The notes under the pieces were generated by a model, which saw only the letters and a list, made by a program, of their open reading frames with translations, made no database searches and had not been told where the DNA came from. This document shows, one piece after another, positions 22,821 through 36,665 of a DNA stretch of 64,000 nt. The stretch lies in assembly GCF_009914755.1 (NCBI RefSeq), contig NC_060929.1; one strand, 5' to 3'. Each line of letters starts with the position of its first letter. Position 1 is the stretch's first letter. Origin of the DNA: the human T2T-CHM13v2.0 reference genome, Homo sapiens. The translations under genes were made by a program, and so were the position numbers.

Positions 22821-23839
22821 AATGCTAACGCTCAGGTTGCCGCTTCCACCATCAACGGCTCAAATTTCTATGCTTTTTCCAGCTTTAGAAAGATGAGCCA
22901 CAAATTGTCCTTCTTATATCTTGCATCTTAACTCACAAGAGAAAGAACTATTCATTTTGGATGGATGCCCCAACCCAGCAGACACATGGAAGACCCGTAC
23001 CTTGCCCAGGCCCTGGGGATCCTGCTGAGGATACCAAGACAAATGAGATGTTCCTACCCTGGCACAACTCACCATCCTGAGCAGGAGTGTCAGGGCCACT
23101 TAGCAGGTAATTTAATTTAGGGTTAGGGTTCCAGTGAAGCCAGATATAAGGAGCCAATGAACCCTGAAGCCATTGCATTCTTTGTGCCAGAGTACATTCC
23201 CATCCACCTTGGGGAATGGCTAGGAGGCTGGTTCTGGGGTGTACTTGGTGTCATTACTGGGCAGAGATGGTGAACAGCCCTTGGACAATTCTCCAGGCTT
23301 TCTCTCCCCTGCCTTGGAGGCTGTGGAGGCCTCATGTTGAGTGGAAGGAACCACAGGTTAGAAGCACTGGAATCCTTGAGTCACAGCATGGAGGACAGCT
23401 GCCCTCATGAGCTGTTACTGCTGACCCAGACTCGTGCTAAACTTTGCTTGAATGACAAACCAACTTTGTTGACATAAATCCCTAGATTGGGGGATTAATT
23501 ATTACAGCAATTACTCTAGGTTATCTGGACAAGTACGCCATAGATAAAGCCCTGCCTTGGTACCAGAACATTAAACAGAGATACAAAATGGCCCAAGGAA
23601 AAGGCATATGCGTGTGTCCCCCAGGGAAGCCACAGGCTCAATCTATCAGTTTTTATTAATCTCCAGGTTATTATATTAGCTGTCATTTTCTTAATTAAGT
23701 CTACTTTATCAAGTTCTCCCTACATTTATTTAAATCTATTTATTCTGAAATTAAAATACTTGAAATCCAATAGTAAGTTTTAGTATACTAATTCAAAAAT
23801 TAAAGGTCTGAGTGGACTTATTACTAAAACCTATGTATT

Positions 23840-25880
23840 TGTGAGTGTCTTATAAAAATCAACAGTAATTTAATGTCTGCCAGAGCAAAAGTCAACATTC
23901 TTTAGAAGAAGATAACAGAATCCAGAGTGTCTACAAAATATAATTCACAGTGCCTGGTATACAAACAGAAATTACTAGACATTCTCTAAAGATAAAAAAG
24001 TGAATGACCCGGATGTTGAATTAGCAGACAAAGACATTAAAACAGCTTTTATAAATATGTTAAAGAATTTATAGGAAATTATGGCAGATGGAGAATGTTA
24101 GCAAAAAAAAAAAAAAAAAAAAAAAAGAGAGAAGTGAAAAGACTGAAGGAAAAACCCAGAAATAAAAAGCACAATGTCTGTTTTTGTTTTTTTTCTGAGA
24201 GGGAGTCTCACTCTCACTCAGGCTGGAGTACTGTGATGCGATATCTTGGCTCATTGAAACCTCTGCCTCCAGGGTTCAAGCGATTCTCATGCCTCAGCCT
24301 TCCGAGTAGCTGGAATTACAGGCACGTACCACCACGTCCCGGTAATATTTTGTATTTTTAGTAGAGACAGGGTTTTATCATGTTGGCCAGGCTGGTCTCA
24401 AACTCCTGACCTCAAGTGATTCTCCCGCCTTGGCCTCCCAAAGTGCTGGGACTACAGGCATAAGACACTGTGCCTGGCCAAAAGTACAACTGCTTACAAA
24501 AAAAGTTTTGAAAAGTTTAAAAGCAAACTGGACATAGCAGAAGGAAGGATAAATGACCTGAAAGATAGATCAATAGAAATGATTCAAACTAAAGCATAGA
24601 GAGGAAAATGAATGGAAAGAAAAAACAAACAAACATGCAAACACAACAGAGCAACCACATAAGTGGGACAACATCACTCCGTCTAATAGGTGTGTAAATT
24701 GGAGACCCAGGAGGAAAGGGGATACAAGGGGTAGATACGTTGGACAGAACTTTCCCAAATTTGATAAGTGATTCAACCCCACACTTCCTAAAAGCTAAAC
24801 GAACCTCCAACAGGAAAAAATAAAAAAAAAAAAAAAGGACAACAAAGGGGATACCATAGGAACACTACGAAACCCCAGAATGAAGAGAAAATCTAAAAGC
24901 AGCCAGAGAAAAATGAAACACTGTATTCAGGGAACAACAATAAGAATGATGACTGACTTCATCAGAAACAATAGATGTAAAGATGAAAGAAGATGTTTTC
25001 TAATAGAATTCTATATTCACTGAAAATATCACAAACTATAAAGGTTAAATATATTTTTAGATAAACAAAAGCTAAGGAAATAATTTGCCATGAGACCCAT
25101 ATATTAGAAAGGCTAACTGATTGTAAAAAGAATGAAGAGCAGTGGAAATGATAAATATCAGATAAATAGAAATACTATTTTTTGCCAGTTTTCTTAATGA
25201 GAATCTACTGAATTAAACAAAAATAATTTAAAAATTTATTGTGAGTTTGATAACACACATAGAAATATATGACAAGAGTAGCACTCAGGTCTGAAAGGGA
25301 GGAAGACTGTCATACAGGAAGTGATATGATATTAGGTACACTGGGATAAGTTAGTAATGCGTGATGTGATTACTAGAGCAATTGCTAAAATTTGAAACAA
25401 GCACAGCTGCAAAACAAATGGGCATTTGATAAAACACATCAAAGTTTATGAGATTCAACTAAAACAGTGGGTAGGAAGACACACAGCAGTTTAGTATGTG
25501 TGAAAACAGAACACGTCAGAATCTGTTGGGTGTACCTAAAACAGTGCTTAGAGGGACATTTATAGTGTTAGATGGATATAGTAAAGAAAAAGAAAAATGA
25601 AAATCAATTATATTTTCTTTTTAGGAGGTTAGAAGAAGAAAAGGAAAGTAAATCTAAGAAAACAGAAGAAAATAATAAAACTAAGAGAAAAAATCAATAA
25701 GATAGAAACCAGAGAGGCAATAGAAAAAAATACACAAAGCTAAAAGTTGATCGCTCGAAAAGTTAATAAAATTGATATGTCCTCAGAGACTCAAAAAATG
25801 TTAGAAGGCACAAATTACTAATTTCAAGAAGCAAGAAGGGAATATTCCTACAGATCCTCCAGACATTAAAAAGAATAATT
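23840..25880 (+). mobile_element. Old L1 (L1M/ME-type) fragments
   Basis: A-rich L1-like text: ttagcagacaaagac.ttaaaacagct, aaagcagtgcttagaggga.atttatag, cctacagatcct.cagacattaaaa. Confidence 0.75.
24180..24479 (-). mobile_element. AluS
   Basis: Full dimeric Alu with poly(T) at the left. Confidence 0.95.
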
Positions 25881-26264
25881 CACATATGTTATGTCCATTT
25901 TCAAATGTGTACACATCACATTCAGCATGCTCAAAACCAAACTCATGCTATCCTCATTTTCTTTTCATAGTAGTCCTATCCCCTGAGATTGTTTTTACTC
26001 TTTTATTGTCCTTCTCTTATATTTACACATACATTTATTTACTTATGTATTCTTGGACCCTAATAGCTAGCAAATATCTAAATAGTGGTGAGTGTGTTTG
26101 GTGATAGTCACTACAGAACACAAAGATGACTAACATACACAGAGTCTCGTTTTACACAAATATCTAGTTCCTGCTAAGATGGTGAAGTTGCACAGGCTTC
26201 TGGTTCTGTCCCTCAAAATAAACCCTGAAAATAGACAGAGCTTAGAGGGCAGCACGCACTCCAG

Positions 26265-26645
26265 TGTGGCAGACAGCATCCAAGTGGTCACAGCGTTCCA
26301 CACCCTCGGAAGTAGAGTTCATGCCTGTATCCTGGAGGCTGGCTGGGCCACCTGACCTGCTTTCCCTAAGGGAGCTTTAGTAGGTGTGACATAAGCAAAT
26401 GCTTGAAATGTGCTTGCACCTGGGGCTTTCGCTCTCTTCGCCACTGTGTGAATAAGCCTGGGCTGGCCTACCAGGGACACATAGTCCAGCCAACTGGCAG
26501 CACCACTGCTAGACATCGAGGTAAGCCATCCTGGACCCTGGAGAGATGCCAGCGACCCCTGGATGAGCCCACTCAAATTGCCAGTCTGTGAAATCGTGAG
26601 TAATTTGGAGGAGCTTTGTTATACAACAATATGTAACTGATAAAT
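26265..26645 (+). mobile_element. Old MLT1 LTR
   Basis: Starts tgtggcagaca and ends ttgttatacaacaata..taactgata. Confidence 0.65.
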
Positions 26646-27336
26646 CCATACAAAAACCATGATAATTTAAAAATCAGAGATAAAACTCTGGGGATATTAA
26701 AGTGTCTTTTGAACTGGAGTATGTGGGGAGGTGGGTGCTTGCAGCATGCTTTTAAAAAACTACCAAGCAAATAAATATATTACAATTAACTTCCAATGTC
26801 TGCCAGTGGAAGTCGCATTTTAACTGCCAATTTGACGTGATTGTGTCCTAGAATGCCAGGAACGACCTTACCAACTGAACTAGGAATTATATTCAGATGC
26901 CTATGAAGAAAACCCAAACAAAAATGGCTTACTTATATAAGCCAATCTGGAGGTACGAAGTCCAAGGCAAGTCTCTCTACCGTATGAAGTTATTGGAAAA
27001 CCAAGCTGCTTCTACCCTTCCGTTCTAGGATCGTGGTGCGTGGGTTTAATGGTCAAGGTCACCCTGTGGTCCAAGATGGTTACTGGAGTGCCAGCCATTA
27101 CATCTGTATTCCAGGCAGTGGGAAAGTGAGGTGAGGCCTCAGGGGTACACCTTCCAGCTATGGAGGCCTCCTTTTTACCACCACCTTGTATTTATATTAA
27201 TATAACATCTTGCTCTTTATTTTCTATCATTATCTCCTATTTATTTTCTATATAAACAAGTGAAGTCTTTCCTTTGGGTATTTGCTGGTTACTGTTCCTC
27301 TGGTCTTCCTTTTGGTAAGTTTTTGCCTTCTTGTTA

Positions 27337-27410
27337 CATACACACATGCACACGCACACACACACACATGCTCACACATGCAAATGCACACATGCACACA
27401 CACATGCACA
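27337..27410. repeat. CA-rich simple repeat
   Basis: cacacatgcacacgcacacac... Confidence 0.9.
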
Positions 27411-28099
27411 TTTGGGAACCGAGTTCTAAAACACAATGTCTTTGCCTCCAAGAGCAGAGAAATTAAACTTTTCCCTTAAAAATGAGAAAGTAAGTCAGCG
27501 TTGTGAGACCCAGCCTTCCCTGGGTCATACGGGGTTCTGTTTCCTCCAGCCTAGGGAATGTCTAGGTGGTGGTCACAGAGTGGTCAATGCCTGTGAGGAT
27601 GGGCTGGTCCCACTGGATGGGGCCTTAACAGAGCGGATGCCCAGGGCTGCCAGTGGCACAGCAGGGTTGATGGGGGCGGCAGGGCCCTGGGCTTCCCTTT
27701 GGCCCCAGCAGAGACGAGTGCCTCCAGGTTTGTATCCATTGGAGTTACCTTCTCCCTCCTGTCTATCACAAGGACCACTCACACATTGCTCTGCCAACAC
27801 CTGGCCCTTGCCCTTCCTCCCCCTGTCCAGGCACATGGGTCTTGGCATCTTACACCGATGTCCTAATCGCTGACCCTTCGCCTGCCCCTGGTTGGGCGTG
27901 GGCTCACCTGCTTAGTGCTGGCAGTTCTCCGTGGTTTTATCTGCTGATGGGTGCTCCCATGCAGTGAACATCTGGAAAATGAAGTGGACATTGTCTGGGG
28001 TCATTGTGTGGCTTTGTTTGGGGTTGGCAGACCTGGGTGTGGACCGGAGACCTGATGCTTTAGTCATTCAGTACTCACCAGCCCCTCCCCCATGCTTAG

Positions 28100-28260
28100 A
28101 CCCAGCAGGAACTGGGCATCATCGTGAGCCTCAGTTTCCTCTTCTGTGAAGTGCAGATTGTCAGCAGGTCCATCTAAGAGGTCTGTTCTGAGGATGACCA
28201 GAGCTACCCACATGGAGCCCAGCACGTAGAGACCGCACGTGACACATGCTGCTTACTGCA
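28100..28260. mobile_element. MIR fragment
   Basis: tgagcctcagtttcctcttctgtgaa core. Confidence 0.65.
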
Positions 28261-28986
28261 ATAATCGCCGGGGAGGATCCTGCCCCAGCAAGCACGTTAA
28301 GCCTCCATCCATGAGCCTGAAGATCATGCAATCCCCAGCCAAGGCTCCGCCAGCCTGAGGAGCCCCTTTCCTTCCAGCGACCTGTTGTCCTCACTAGTGT
28401 CCTTCCTGCGGGTGACACCTTCTCCTTGGGCCTGCTTGTCTTTCTCTGCAGTGGTGTCCAGCAGCTCCCCATCCCGACCGCCGCTGGGTTTCTTTCTCTT
28501 CCCTAGGTTGGCCCCTGCCTCTCTGATCCACGCTGCCCATTGATGTCCCCTCACTCCACCTCTGGCTGTTTGGAAGGCTTTGCTCTTATGTGCTATTATT
28601 CTCTCCTAGTCACTGTTTTCATGTTTTGGCAGAGATCAGAGACCATGTGGGGCATCTAGTGAAACGACAGAGCCATTCTAGAAAAATATACGTCCCTAAG
28701 AATTTGCACAAAACTTTTGCACATCACTTCAGAGAGTCTACGGCCTGTCGGGGATGTGTCCGTGGGCCTCGGCTGAGGGACCTCTGGCCTGTGACATCTG
28801 AGCCCCGTGCTGTGGGTCAGTCCGAGGCCGGGGACCCTGCATCGGGCCTGTGTCCCTGTGGATGAGGAAAAAACAGCTCTGGGGATAGAGTCTTGGGCCA
28901 CACGGCTGCTCATGTGCCGACATGCCATGTCACCCAGGTGGGGATCCGGTCATTACCACGGAGTGGTCTTGGGCCTCTGTGGAGGG

Positions 28987-29114
28987 GCCCTGCACCTGCC
29001 CAGGCCGGCGTCTGACTCCACATCGCGTGCTCTGTGGGAAGAGCCCAGTGGAGCCCTGTACCTGCCCAGGCCGGTGTCTGACTCCAGATCGCATGCTCTG
29101 TGGGAAGAGCCCAG
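28987..29114 (+). repeat. 66-bp tandem duplication
   Basis: gccctg(c/t)acctgcccaggccgg...tgggaagagcccag starts at 28987 and 29053. Confidence 0.9.
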
Positions 29115-30763
29115 CCAGCCACGCACAGGCTCCTGCCTTGAAATATCTGCGCCTTCCGAAGGAGAGGAGAGGATCCACCACTGGGGGGGTCAGAGCCCAG
29201 CGTTGTCTCTGCACGTCTTCTGTATACGCTGGAAGGCGGCCTGTGCTGGGTGAACAAGTCCTCTCTGCAGCACGACTTCAGGGGGCAAACGAGGTGCCAG
29301 CCAGGCCCGCCCCGGCAGCTGGTCCTGCACACGCCTTTGCCCACCATCGCTGAGAGTTGGACTTCTGACTGTGAAGGTTCTCCCCAAGCTGGAGCCAGAG
29401 GAACCAACATTTAACTTGTGGGAATGTAGATGTAGCAGCACTCATTAGAGGGACAGCCACGTGGACCTCCTTTCTGGGAGTGGGTGGGGACAGAGGGAAG
29501 GGTGGGGACATGGGAAGCCCTTGTGGTGGCTGACCTAGGCCACTCCCAGTCCAGTCTGTTCCCAAAGATGTGCTTGTCATTCCCAAGGCACAAACAGGCC
29601 TGGGGCAGCTGCAATTCCCCACACTCACCTGGAGTGAACGCTCGGAGGGGTCCTTGGCCCCATAGCCCAGTTAGGTGCCCTGGCCCCACTGTGCCTCAGA
29701 GGTCCTGGCATGGGGAGAAGCCCTGCTGTGCTCCCAGGTGAGGCCGGCAGGGGTGGATGCATGATCCGAGGCCATCTGCTCGTCTTAGGGTCAGTGGCTT
29801 CCAGCCCTTAGGATAGGGACCCTGTGGGGTCTTTGCATGATTCTGATGGGTATTCCTGTTGTAAATAAATTCATTTAAAGCAATTGCCAGGGGCCCAGCC
29901 CAGAACTTGGGCTGATAAAGAGCCGCGATTAGGGCCCATGTGAGGCCCCCTGCTCAGGCTGTTTAGACAGGAAGGAAGGTGTCTCCCAGGCTCCCATTCC
30001 CCGACCCTCTCCCCACCACCCTGCCTCCCCATCCATAGAAGGCTGCCTCCGCCTGCACGGATGACAACATGTTCAGCAGTCAGTGTCTGGTGACGTTGCA
30101 GAGGGAGAACCGTCTTCAGCTCTTGGTTCCTCCCAGAGCCCCAGCTGGCTTTGCTCCTTTCTCTCTAGGCCCAAGAGATGACTGTGGGTGATGACAAGAG
30201 AACTGCCAGGGCCGGAGCTTGGAGCCCTGAGCCCACTTTGCAAGGCTGGCCACAGACCTCTGTGCCCCGGTCCAGCTGGGGCTCAGCCTAGTGCTGCCCA
30301 AGGACTCCTGGCCTGGCTGTGGCCCCGGGACACCAGCTCTTCCTGTAGATGGAGGAGGATGAGCCTGGGAGAGGGGACAGGAAGGCTGGGGCCTGCTGCG
30401 GAATGTCGGCCCCATGAATGAGCCGGTCCTGATGTTTGAGGGGGCGTGTCCTGGGATGAAAAGGCAGGGAGTGAGGAGGTCCACGGTGTGCTCTCGGGGC
30501 TGGTACGAGAATCCGCACATGGGGCGGTGGGGCTCATGTTACATTGGGTGCATCGCGTAACCTCATTTTAACAGCTGGGCTTCACCACGTCGTGGCACGT
30601 CAGAGCTCCGTGCCTTCTCGCTGCCAAGGGATGTCCACGTGTGGCCGGGCTCACGGCGCGTCTCACTCACCAGGCGAGGTCACTTGGGTTGTTTGTGCTT
30701 CTTGGCTATTGTGAATCGTGCTGCGAGGAACATTTGTGTACAAGTGAGAGAAGCCATGTGTTG

Positions 30764-31133
30764 TGATACGGTTTGGCTGTGTCCCCACCCAAATCTCATT
30801 TTGAGTTGTCACTCCCATAATCCCCATGTGGCATGGGAGGGACCCAGTGGGACGTAATTGAATCATGGGGCGGTTATCCTCATGCTGCTGTTGTGATAGT
30901 GAGTGAATTCTCACGAGGTCTGATGGTTTTATGAGGGGCTTTCTCCCCTTTGCTCGGCACTTCTTGTTGCTACCGTGTGAAGAAGGACGTGTTTGTTTCC
31001 CTTTCCGCCATGACTGTAAGTTTCCTGAGGCCTCCCCAGCCATACTAAACTGTGAGTCAATTAAACCTGTTTCCTCTATACATTACCCAGCCTCGGGTAT
31101 GTCTTTATTAGCAGCATGAGAACGGACTAATAC
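30764..31133 (+). mobile_element. THE1 solo LTR (THE1C/D-like) inserted between L1M fragments
   Basis: TGATACGGTTTGGCTGTGTCCCCACCCAAATCTCAT...GGACTAATAC; TSD TGTTG at 30759-30763 and 31134-31138. Confidence 0.92.
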
Positions 31134-33703
31134 TGTTGTGCGGCAGCATTTATATGTGGTGTCCAGAACAGACAAATCTGCAGAGACAGCCCATAGATAG
31201 CGGGAGCCAGGGGCAGGGAACAGGGGAATGAGGAGTGACCACAGATGGGCTCAGGGTGATGAAAATGCTCTGAGGTTAGATCATGGCAATGGTTGTGTAA
31301 CAGAATTGCACTGCACACTTTAAGTGGCTGAACTTCATGTGAGTGAGTTACATCTTAAATCTGTTTTAAATATCGGATTTGCCCTTTTCAGACCATGTCA
31401 CTGAGAAATCCGAGGGCATTGTGGTGTGTGTTGGGTCTGCAAGGTCGCCACTGCTCTACATCTGGGGAGGGGATGGGCTTTGGTTGAGACCCATCTGTGT
31501 CATCTGAAGCAATGGAGCGAGGGCTGTGTTTTCAGAGGCGATGTCCACTGTAAGTAAGCAGCTGGCTTCTGGCATGTGGACATGGCCAGTGACAGGCATG
31601 TTGTGTTTAAAAGGATGGCCTTGATGGTCCTTGACCCTCGGGAGCTGGGCGTGGGAAGGCCGTGAAGGACCATGGTGCAAGGCCCTTGCTGGCGGCTCTT
31701 TAAAACGGAGTGGGTGCTCCCCGGTGGGGCCTGCAGCCATCCCTGCAGGGGGACACTGGGAAGCCTGCTTTGCCGCTCCCTTCCAGCTGTGAAACCCAGA
31801 TGGGGGTGGCGGGAAGGACTGGGGCATAGGACAGCATTCCTCACGAGGTGCCTCGATGCCTCTGGTGTGAGCTGCAGTAACACACATGTGCACAGGAAAC
31901 CAAGACCCTCCCACAGCCTTCCTGTCCCTCGAGAGTCCGTTCTCCCACTCCTGACAGACAACGGGTCCTTAGTGGGAAAGGCTGGCTTGGGCACAGGGGC
32001 TCAGCAGAAAGGAAAACTGGCTCCTCCCACCTCGGCTGCACCTGGATGACCACCTTGGCTCCCTGGAGCATGGAGACACGCGCTGGGCTTTGTGCTTGTC
32101 GCCTGTTGCCTGGCATTTTCTGGCAAACTCCATGGAAGGAAGGAAGTCTTCCTGCACTCGGACACCTTGTTCTATAAGGAGCTCTCTCTTTTCTTTCTTG
32201 TGTCTGTGTTTCGGTTCCATTCTGGGTACAACAGTTAGAGACTCCCGCAATCTATGAAGCAGCATGCCTGCAGAGGTTCCGGGGCCTCTCTCATGCTGGA
32301 GTCATGCAGGGTTTGCCTGGGTGGGTCTGGGTTTATTGTGGGGGAGACTGGGGCGTCACGACTTCCTTTGAGGCCATCCATTCACCTGGTTAAAGGTGAT
32401 GCACCAACTGCCAACTTGGACCCCTCAGGGCGGCACCGCGTCCACCTGCACATCCCATGGCCACAGCTACACGGACGCGGTCTTCCAGCTCGCGAGAGGA
32501 AAGTTTTCCTCATGCCGGTGGTTTTTCACTTATTAAATCTCATATTTCAGGCAACCCATTGAGTAGAGCCTGGAGAGATGCGATTAAACTGCTAGTCTCC
32601 TTCCAGAAAAGGGATTTGTGCTTTTATAGTAAACAGGAGATCTATGGTTTCAAAGTGTATTTTACTCCCGAGTATTTCAATTACACAGTAGAATATTAGA
32701 TGATAACTCGTGCAGTTAGGATATAGTGTGTGTCACCCACGTTACCGGGAGCGCACACAGCAGTGCCCGCCGTGTGTAAAGGACTTGCTGCATGGGAGGT
32801 GCACCAGGCTCATCCCCCCCAGGTTGACTCCAGGGATGCTTTCAAACTGAGTCTTTTCCACACTGACCCCAGAACATAAAGATGATTTATACGCAGCATA
32901 AGCCGTTTTCATCATGTATGCACTTATTTTACAAAAAGGGATGTCAGACAAATTAGGTTTTCTTTTCCTTGAGTCCCTTTCTCTGGGAAGATTATTTACA
33001 ATAGTTTTTAAATTCCTCTCTGTGCTATTCCTCCAAAGGCAATGGAAAGCAATTCTGAGAACACAGCAGAAAATCAGCTTTTAATCAAGAAAAAACAATC
33101 TGTGGGAAATAGAGATGTGCTACTCTGCCCCAAAGAGATTCCTGTGGCCGTGGGACCACCCGCTTCCAATTTGCAGATACCAGGTTTCCCTTCTCTGGCG
33201 CCACTTCCTGCTGAGGCTTGGCTGGGGCCTTGGAAATGCTGTCTTGTCTGGTAACGTCTGATCGCTGGTTGGGCCAGGAGGCTGCTGCGGAAGGTGGGGG
33301 GCCAGGCTGGCCTACGGACCCTCACTGAGATGTCTCCTTAGCACAAGTGGGCAGGAACTTGGGTCAAGGGACACAGTAACCAATGCAGACAATGTCACAG
33401 ACCTTGTTTGGGTTCCCGACACCACCATGCTGTGAGGAAGCCCAATGGGCCTGAGGAGAGGACACTCAGTGGAAGTGGAGAGGACACAGCAATAGGTGAG
33501 TGAAGCAGGCCTCAAATCTCCAAACAAGTGAATCCTCCCAAAACCTTTAGAAGTCAGGGATGGGCAGGTATAGCCACAGAGCAAGATGCCAGCATTTCTT
33601 TCCATGGATCTCTGTGGCTGTGTCCCTGTTGGACTCTGTGGCACACATTTATGGCTGAGTGGCCCATAGTGCGAGTCACTGAATTTTCTGCCTGATGTCC
33701 CTA

Positions 33704-33930
33704 CATCACTGTCACCTCCCCCTGGGGTCCCCGCATCACCCTCACCTCCCCCTGAGTCCCCGCATTGCTCTCACTGGGGAGGGGTGGACCAGAGGCTTCA
33801 CACACCACATGTCAGAATAGGGGTTTCCCTATTCTGGGTCCCCACATCACTCTCACCTCCCCCCGGGTCCCCGCATCACTCTCACCCCCACCTCTGGGTC
33901 CCCCATCATTCTCCTCACCCCCAGAGGTCC
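33704..33930 (+). repeat. 29-bp minisatellite (CATCACTCTCACCTCCCCCCGGGTCCCCA), about 5-6 units, interrupted at 33776-33836
   Basis: Read directly; same unit as 57201-57454. Confidence 0.9.
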
Positions 33931-35619
33931 TGCAATCCTGCCATATGTTCTTCTATTTCCAGAGCTGGCCTGGAAGTAGAGTTGTGGCCACGCTCTGCTG
34001 TGCCTGGAACCTCTATTCTGACATGTGGTGTGTGAAGCCTTTGGTCCACCCTCCCTGGCCCCTGCAGGCTGAATGCCTGACAGAATCCACCCCCACTCCC
34101 ACTGCTGCCCCCAAGTAGTCAGGACAGCAGGGGATGGGTGGGACAGGCCACACAGGAGCAGGAGCTGCATGGGGGCCGCCCTGCGTCTGGGGAGCAGCCC
34201 TCCTGCCCCCATGTGCTGAGGCCTCTTCTAGCTCGGGCTCTTTAGGCTGGAAGGTTTCGAGGGTCCTCACTGCATGGAGCTTCCCCACCGCACAAAGTCC
34301 TCAGCAAGGAGCGTGATGGCTCCGGAGCCCCAGATGTAAAGCTGAGTTGCCTCGGAGTAAGAGCTTCGGTCTCCGCCCTTGATTCATTCAGTGGGGGCAG
34401 AGTGGGGTGGGGGGCGGGGTCCACAGAAGCCTCAGAGCTGCCCCGGGAGGGAGGTGCCCCAAGACTTGGCCCAGAACTTCCCCCAAGATGGTCTCTGAAG
34501 GGTGACATCCTGGCCCTCCAGAGTGCCAAGATACTGAGGGCACGATGGCCTTCACGTGGCCTGGCCCTTCCCATCTCCATCAGGCCCTGAGGACATGGAG
34601 GGTGCCTTGCAGCTCTCAGGTTGCAAGACCACCGGGTCTGCTCACTGGGGACAAGCAAAGCTGTCGCCCACCCACACCTACGGCGTGCACAGACAACCTG
34701 TGGGGTACCTGTGCTTGTGCCCTAACCACCTGTACCCTGCTGAGAGGAGGGACTGGCGGGACGTCCCAGGGGCTGGGCCAGGGCTCTCCAGGTGTGGGGT
34801 TCTGGGGTGGGGGGTTCCAAAGAGGAAGCAAGTGAGCCCATGCCCACAGCCCTCCCTGCTCCGGGAACCAGAAGGAGGCTCCGTACCATGTGGGGCCACC
34901 AGGCAGCATGGGCTGGAATGAGCCGGCTGATGAGGCTGGGGTGGTCCCCGACACACAGGAGGGGGCAGCTTCCCCTGCAGGGGCGTTTCAGAACTAGCCA
35001 TGGAGTGGGAGCCCAGGGGGAGCAGTGATGGCTCCCCGGAAAGAGGGGCATCCCTGCCGTGGGCACCTCCTTCAGCCCCACGTCCCCACAGCTGGACTCG
35101 CGAACGGATCCCACGTGGCCATGCCCCTCTGCTGTCCCTCCTCGGAGGCCTCTTGGAGGTGACACTTTTGAAACAGGGTTCATGGAATGTTGTCCCGAGG
35201 CCAGGCCCAGGGATTACAATGTGGATGCCTGTCCACTGGTCCAGATGGGCGATGCCGTCATGACACAGGCCAGAGACAGAAGGGGCGGATTCTCCGTGAA
35301 ATGTGGCCTCACAAAGCCAGAGGTGTCCTGGGACCTCCGTCCCTCAGCTCTGCTCTATCCCCACTGCCTGCCACCGGGCAATGCCAGGCGGTAAACCTGG
35401 CGGCTGCCCCTCTCAGGCCTTGTGTTCAGACCCCAGCTGGCCTCTCCTGGTGTAGTGCCCCAGCAAGTTCCTCCATGCCGTGCCTCCACTTCCTCAGCCG
35501 CTAGTGCCCTGGAGAGGGAGGGACATGGGCTGCACTTGGTACCTGAGAACCGGGTGGACACCAGCTCTTGTGACTGTTCGTCTTGGAGACTCACAGACGC
35601 AGCCGCCCTGGGCTGCTTC

Positions 35620-35830
35620 TCGCTCTCCCTCCTGTCGCCCCCTGTGCCTCCCCCTTGCCTCTCTCCCCGTCTCTTCTTCCCTCTCTTTCCCTTTCCACCC
35701 TTCCCTTCTTCCTCTCCCTGCTCACTCCTCGCTCTCCCCTGCCCTCTGTCTCCTCCCAGCTGCCCGCTCTGTAGGGTGCCTCCTACAGCTTCTCATCCAC
35801 CTCCACTCTCCCTTGGTCTCCTTACCTGAT
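35620..35830. repeat. Polypyrimidine (CT-rich) tract
   Basis: ctctccccgtctcttcttccctctctttccc... Confidence 0.8.
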
Positions 35831-35930
35831 GCCCTCAAGGAAAGCTTCTGCCTCCTAAGGACAATACGGCCGCACGGGGCAGTTCTAGGTGATGGCAACT
35901 GTTATAAAAATTGTTTAAAATAAAATTACA

Positions 35931-36260
<330 letters not shown>

Positions 36261-36494
36261 TCATTGTACAAAGTTTGGAAACTACAGAAAAAAATTCAAG
36301 AAAAAATTAAAAGCTCTTTGTAATCCCACCATTCAGAGAGAGCCACAGACAAGACCTTTGGCCGTGTCTCCCCCCTTTCCAGGCTTATTTAATAACTATG
36401 ATGTAACCCTATTTACTAGGATGCCACTGCCAGGTGTTCCGAGCTGTGGCTGCACTGCGCCTGTACCACTGTTCTCCTCTCGTTAGTCTGTCGT

Positions 36495-36665
36495 AAGGGT
36501 AAGCAAACTTTCTCTATAAAGGGCCAGGTAGTCAACACTTTTGTCCTAGAGAGCCATATGGTCTCTGTCTAAACTACTCACCTCTGCCGTTGTAGCGTAA
36601 AAACAGCCAAAGGTGACACGTCAGCATGGCTCTGTGCCAATGAAACTTTATTTGCAAAGACAGGA
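36495..36665 (+). mobile_element. MER58A-like hAT DNA transposon fragment
   Basis: gcaaactttctctataaagggccag.tagt, gccatatggtctctgtc..aactactca.ctctgccgttgtagc, aaactttattt.caaa.acagg. Confidence 0.8.
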
